Shown piece by piece: positions 27,312-29,435 of a stretch of 29,435 bases of DNA. The position numbers were made by a program, and so were the translations under genes. Source of the stretch: a virus (Duplodnaviria; Caudoviricetes); the IMG/VR virus record IMGVR_UViG_3300037722_000646, positions 1 to 29,435 of that record; one strand, 5' to 3'. Every line of letters begins with the position of its first letter. Position 1 is the first letter of the stretch. The notes under the pieces are model-generated. The model saw nothing but the letters and a program-made list of their open reading frames with translations, was not told the origin of the DNA and ran no database searches.

Positions 27312-27628
27312 GTCGTTAGATCACCCTCCCAGGATGCGCGCCAGAGTCACTATACCTTTTTGAGGTACAGGGCTGTATATTCCCATCATCTGAGACCAGG
27401 CAGGGACGGCGGGAGGCGACCCCACCGTCCCCGCTCAAAGCCCGATCTCAGCTAGTTTTTTCGTCGCCGACATCGCTCACCTCCTGCGGCTCCTGCCGCT
27501 GTGAGGGGTTTCCGGCGGCTCGGACCCTGCCCAGGGTTACTCCCGAGACCGCCGGTTTCCGTTCCGACCACCATAGTATAGCGCCATCCCCCGGTTTGGC
27601 ACAAGCCTGATTAGTGCGGAATGGCCTA

Positions 27629-27677
27629 TTGACATTAGGCCCATTTGCAAGCATATTGGTTCAGTTAGAATAACTGA
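27629..27677 (+). promoter_or_regulatory. Transposase promoter with palindromes
   Basis: TTGACA-N17-CATATT; an imperfect IR flanks the -35; perfect TCAGTTA-GAA-TAACTGA at 27661-27677. Confidence 0.5.
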
Positions 27678-27689
27678 GCTAAGGGACCC

Positions 27690-27928
27690 ATGAACCGCCT
27701 GTCAGCCGAACGCCGGACCCAGATCATCGCCGCCCTCTGCGAAGGGGCGAGCGTGAACGCTACGGCCCGCCAGACTGGCGCGTCGAAGGTGACGATCTTG
27801 AAGCTCCTGGCGGAGATTGGCGACGTGTGCCTGGACTACCAGCGACGGGTCATGGTGGACCTGCCGTGCAGGCTGCTCCAGTGCGACGAAATCTGGGGAT
27901 TTATCCAGTGCAAGCAGGGTCGTCTCGA
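27690..27928 (+). pseudogene. N-terminal fragment of an IS1-family-like transposase
   Basis: MNRLSAERRTQIIAALCEGASVNATAR (HTH)...LQCDEIWGFI, cut by the IR at 27929. Confidence 0.85.
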
Positions 27929-27953
27929 GGTAGTGGGTCAGTTTGATTGTAAC
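27929..27953. mobile_element. Terminal IR of the methyltransferase-carrying element (right)
   Basis: GGTAGTGGGTCAGTTTGATTGTAAC, an inverted match to 1471-1495. Confidence 0.8.
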
Positions 27954-27955
27954 AG

Positions 27956-29434
27956 TTAGTCGTCCGGGTCGGCGTCGAACAGGTCGCCCCTCTCGGCCAC
28001 CTTGCGGACAGCACGAGGAGCCTGCTTGTAGGTGAGGTTCGCCCCGGAGACGTGGGGGTAATCGATCCCCTTGCCCTGCAGCAATTCAGCGACGGTGAGC
28101 AGTTGGAGCCGGGGGTGCTTGCCCCATGGCGATTCATAGAAGCCCGCAGAGGCCGCCTCCGCCCGCATCGGCTTGGTCGGTCGGTCGAAGCTTAGGAGCA
28201 CTCCAATCTCGGCGTCCTCCCGAGTCCTCACATGGCCCAAATCACGGACATGGGTGGCGTGAAGCTTCCCGGCCTTCACTGACATCACAATCTGTCGGGT
28301 TGTGTCGGACCCATCGTGAAAGTAGAGCCGCCCGTCGATTCCCTTATCCGCGCCTTTCTTCTGGTTGGCCGGTCGGGCTCCCACTAGCCCAAGTGCCCAC
28401 CACTGGAATTGATACGGGTCGGTTTCGGCAAGTTCTCGGGCTCCCTCAATAGTGGTAGGCTCGCCGAGAACCTCGTACTTCACGCCATCACTGTATGCAT
28501 CCCGGAGGCGAACTTTGATGAGGCTGATCGCCAAGTGTGTTACGTCGATGCCGATCCAGGGGCGACTGAGCTTCTGCGCGGCGGCAATCGTCGTCCCACA
28601 ACCGCAGAACGGATCGAGGACCACATCCCCCTTATTACTGCTCGCTTCGATGATTCTCTCTAACAGCGCTTCCGGCTTCTGTGTTGGATAACCAAGGCGT
28701 TCTTGGGCCTGAGAATTGATTGGATCGATGTCTGTCCAGATGTCTTGGAGAGGAACCCCTGGCATCTCATCGAGATATCGCTTGTACTCGGGCATTCCAG
28801 TTTTCGTGTAGACCAGCCGTCCCTCCGCCTCGAATCCAGCCATCTTCTCCTTGGAATAGGCCCAGTAACGGCCCTTGTAGGGGCGAACCCCATTCCATTC
28901 ATAGCTTGTATCACCCCCCGGCTTGTTTGCCGTTAGGTCGCCCTTACGGTAGCGGCGACCCGTGCCCTCCTCAACGTATCGGTAGTGGCTTTCGATGTAT
29001 TCCCTAGTGTAGGCGGTGAAAATAGGGTTCCACGTCCAATCACTGGAGCGGGAATAGAAGAGGATCACGTCGTGGATTCGTCCAGGTTGTTTCATGCCCT
29101 GCTTGGTATCGCTGTGCGCCGCACTCCGTTGCCAAGTGATCTCCGCTCGGAAATGTTCCGCCCCGAACACCGCGTCAAGTAGGAGCTTGAGGTAGTGGCT
29201 CGCCGTGGGGTCGCAATGCAGGTAGAGCGATCCGGTCGGCTTCAGGACACGGCGGAGCTCGACGAGTCGAGGGGCCATCATGGAGAGGTAGGCGAGCAAG
29301 TCGTTCGTGCCGAGGAACGTTCGGAACGCCCGCAGGACATCAGCGACTGAGCCGCCCGCCTCGACCGTTTCCTCGTAACGTGCTGCTGACACCTGGTCCC
29401 ATTGCCATGTATCCTCGAACGCTTGAATCCGGGC
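27956..29434 (-). CDS. Second DNA methyltransferase-Mrr-like fusion, paralogue of the left copy; 5' end outside the window
   Basis: Frame open from the window end ([12 protein letters not shown]...). Same motifs as the left copy with a different central region. Confidence 0.9.
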   Translation of the reverse strand, partial: ARIQAFEDTWQWDQVSAARYEETVEAGGSVADVLRAFRTFLGTNDLLAYLSMMAPRLVELRRVLKPTGSLYLHCDPTASHYLKLLLDAVFGAEHFRAEITWQRSAAHSDTKQGMKQPGRIHDVILFYSRSSDWTWNPIFTAYTREYIESHYRYVEEGTGRRYRKGDLTANKPGGDTSYEWNGVRPYKGRYWAYSKEKMAGFEAEGRLVYTKTGMPEYKRYLDEMPGVPLQDIWTDIDPINSQAQERLGYPTQKPEALLERIIEASSNKGDVVLDPFCGCGTTIAAAQKLSRPWIGIDVTHLAISLIKVRLRDAYSDGVKYEVLGEPTTIEGARELAETDPYQFQWWALGLVGARPANQKKGADKGIDGRLYFHDGSDTTRQIVMSVKAGKLHATHVRDLGHVRTREDAEIGVLLSFDRPTKPMRAEAASAGFYESPWGKHPRLQLLTVAELLQGKGIDYPHVSGANLTYKQAPRAVRKVAERGDLFDADPDD

Positions 29435-29435
29435 A

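Noticed and set aside
27448-27654. 68-aa minus-strand ORF from the track
   Set aside because: It runs across promoter boxes and hairpins and lacks an SD; the strong SD belongs to the 12-aa ORF in another frame.

Overview
GC-rich window. The core (about 1750-26620, all + strand) is a siphophage-type late region: scaffold, major capsid, two decoration-like proteins, neck genes, tail tube, tail chaperone with a -1 frameshift site, tape measure, Dit-like protein, a lower-GC fibre, a 1664-aa modular tail-tip protein, a lysis cluster (amidase, holin-like and lipoprotein genes, two HExxH proteins) and a second virion/fibre module. I see no terminase, portal, integrase or replication genes. Both flanks are nested IS1-family-like elements. 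Left: DNA methyltransferase-Mrr fusion (+), IS end, C-terminal transposase fragment, IS end. Right: IS end, two small passenger genes, N-terminal transposase fragment, IS end, paralogous methyltransferase-Mrr fusion (-). The two methyltransferases form a long inverted repeat with divergent central target-recognition regions. A recurring GCAC..AGG / GAGGCCC-GAGGCCC hairpin leader precedes the head, tail-tube and lysis blocks, twice just downstream of sigma70-like promoters. Family assignments come from motif recognition by eye; no database searches were run.
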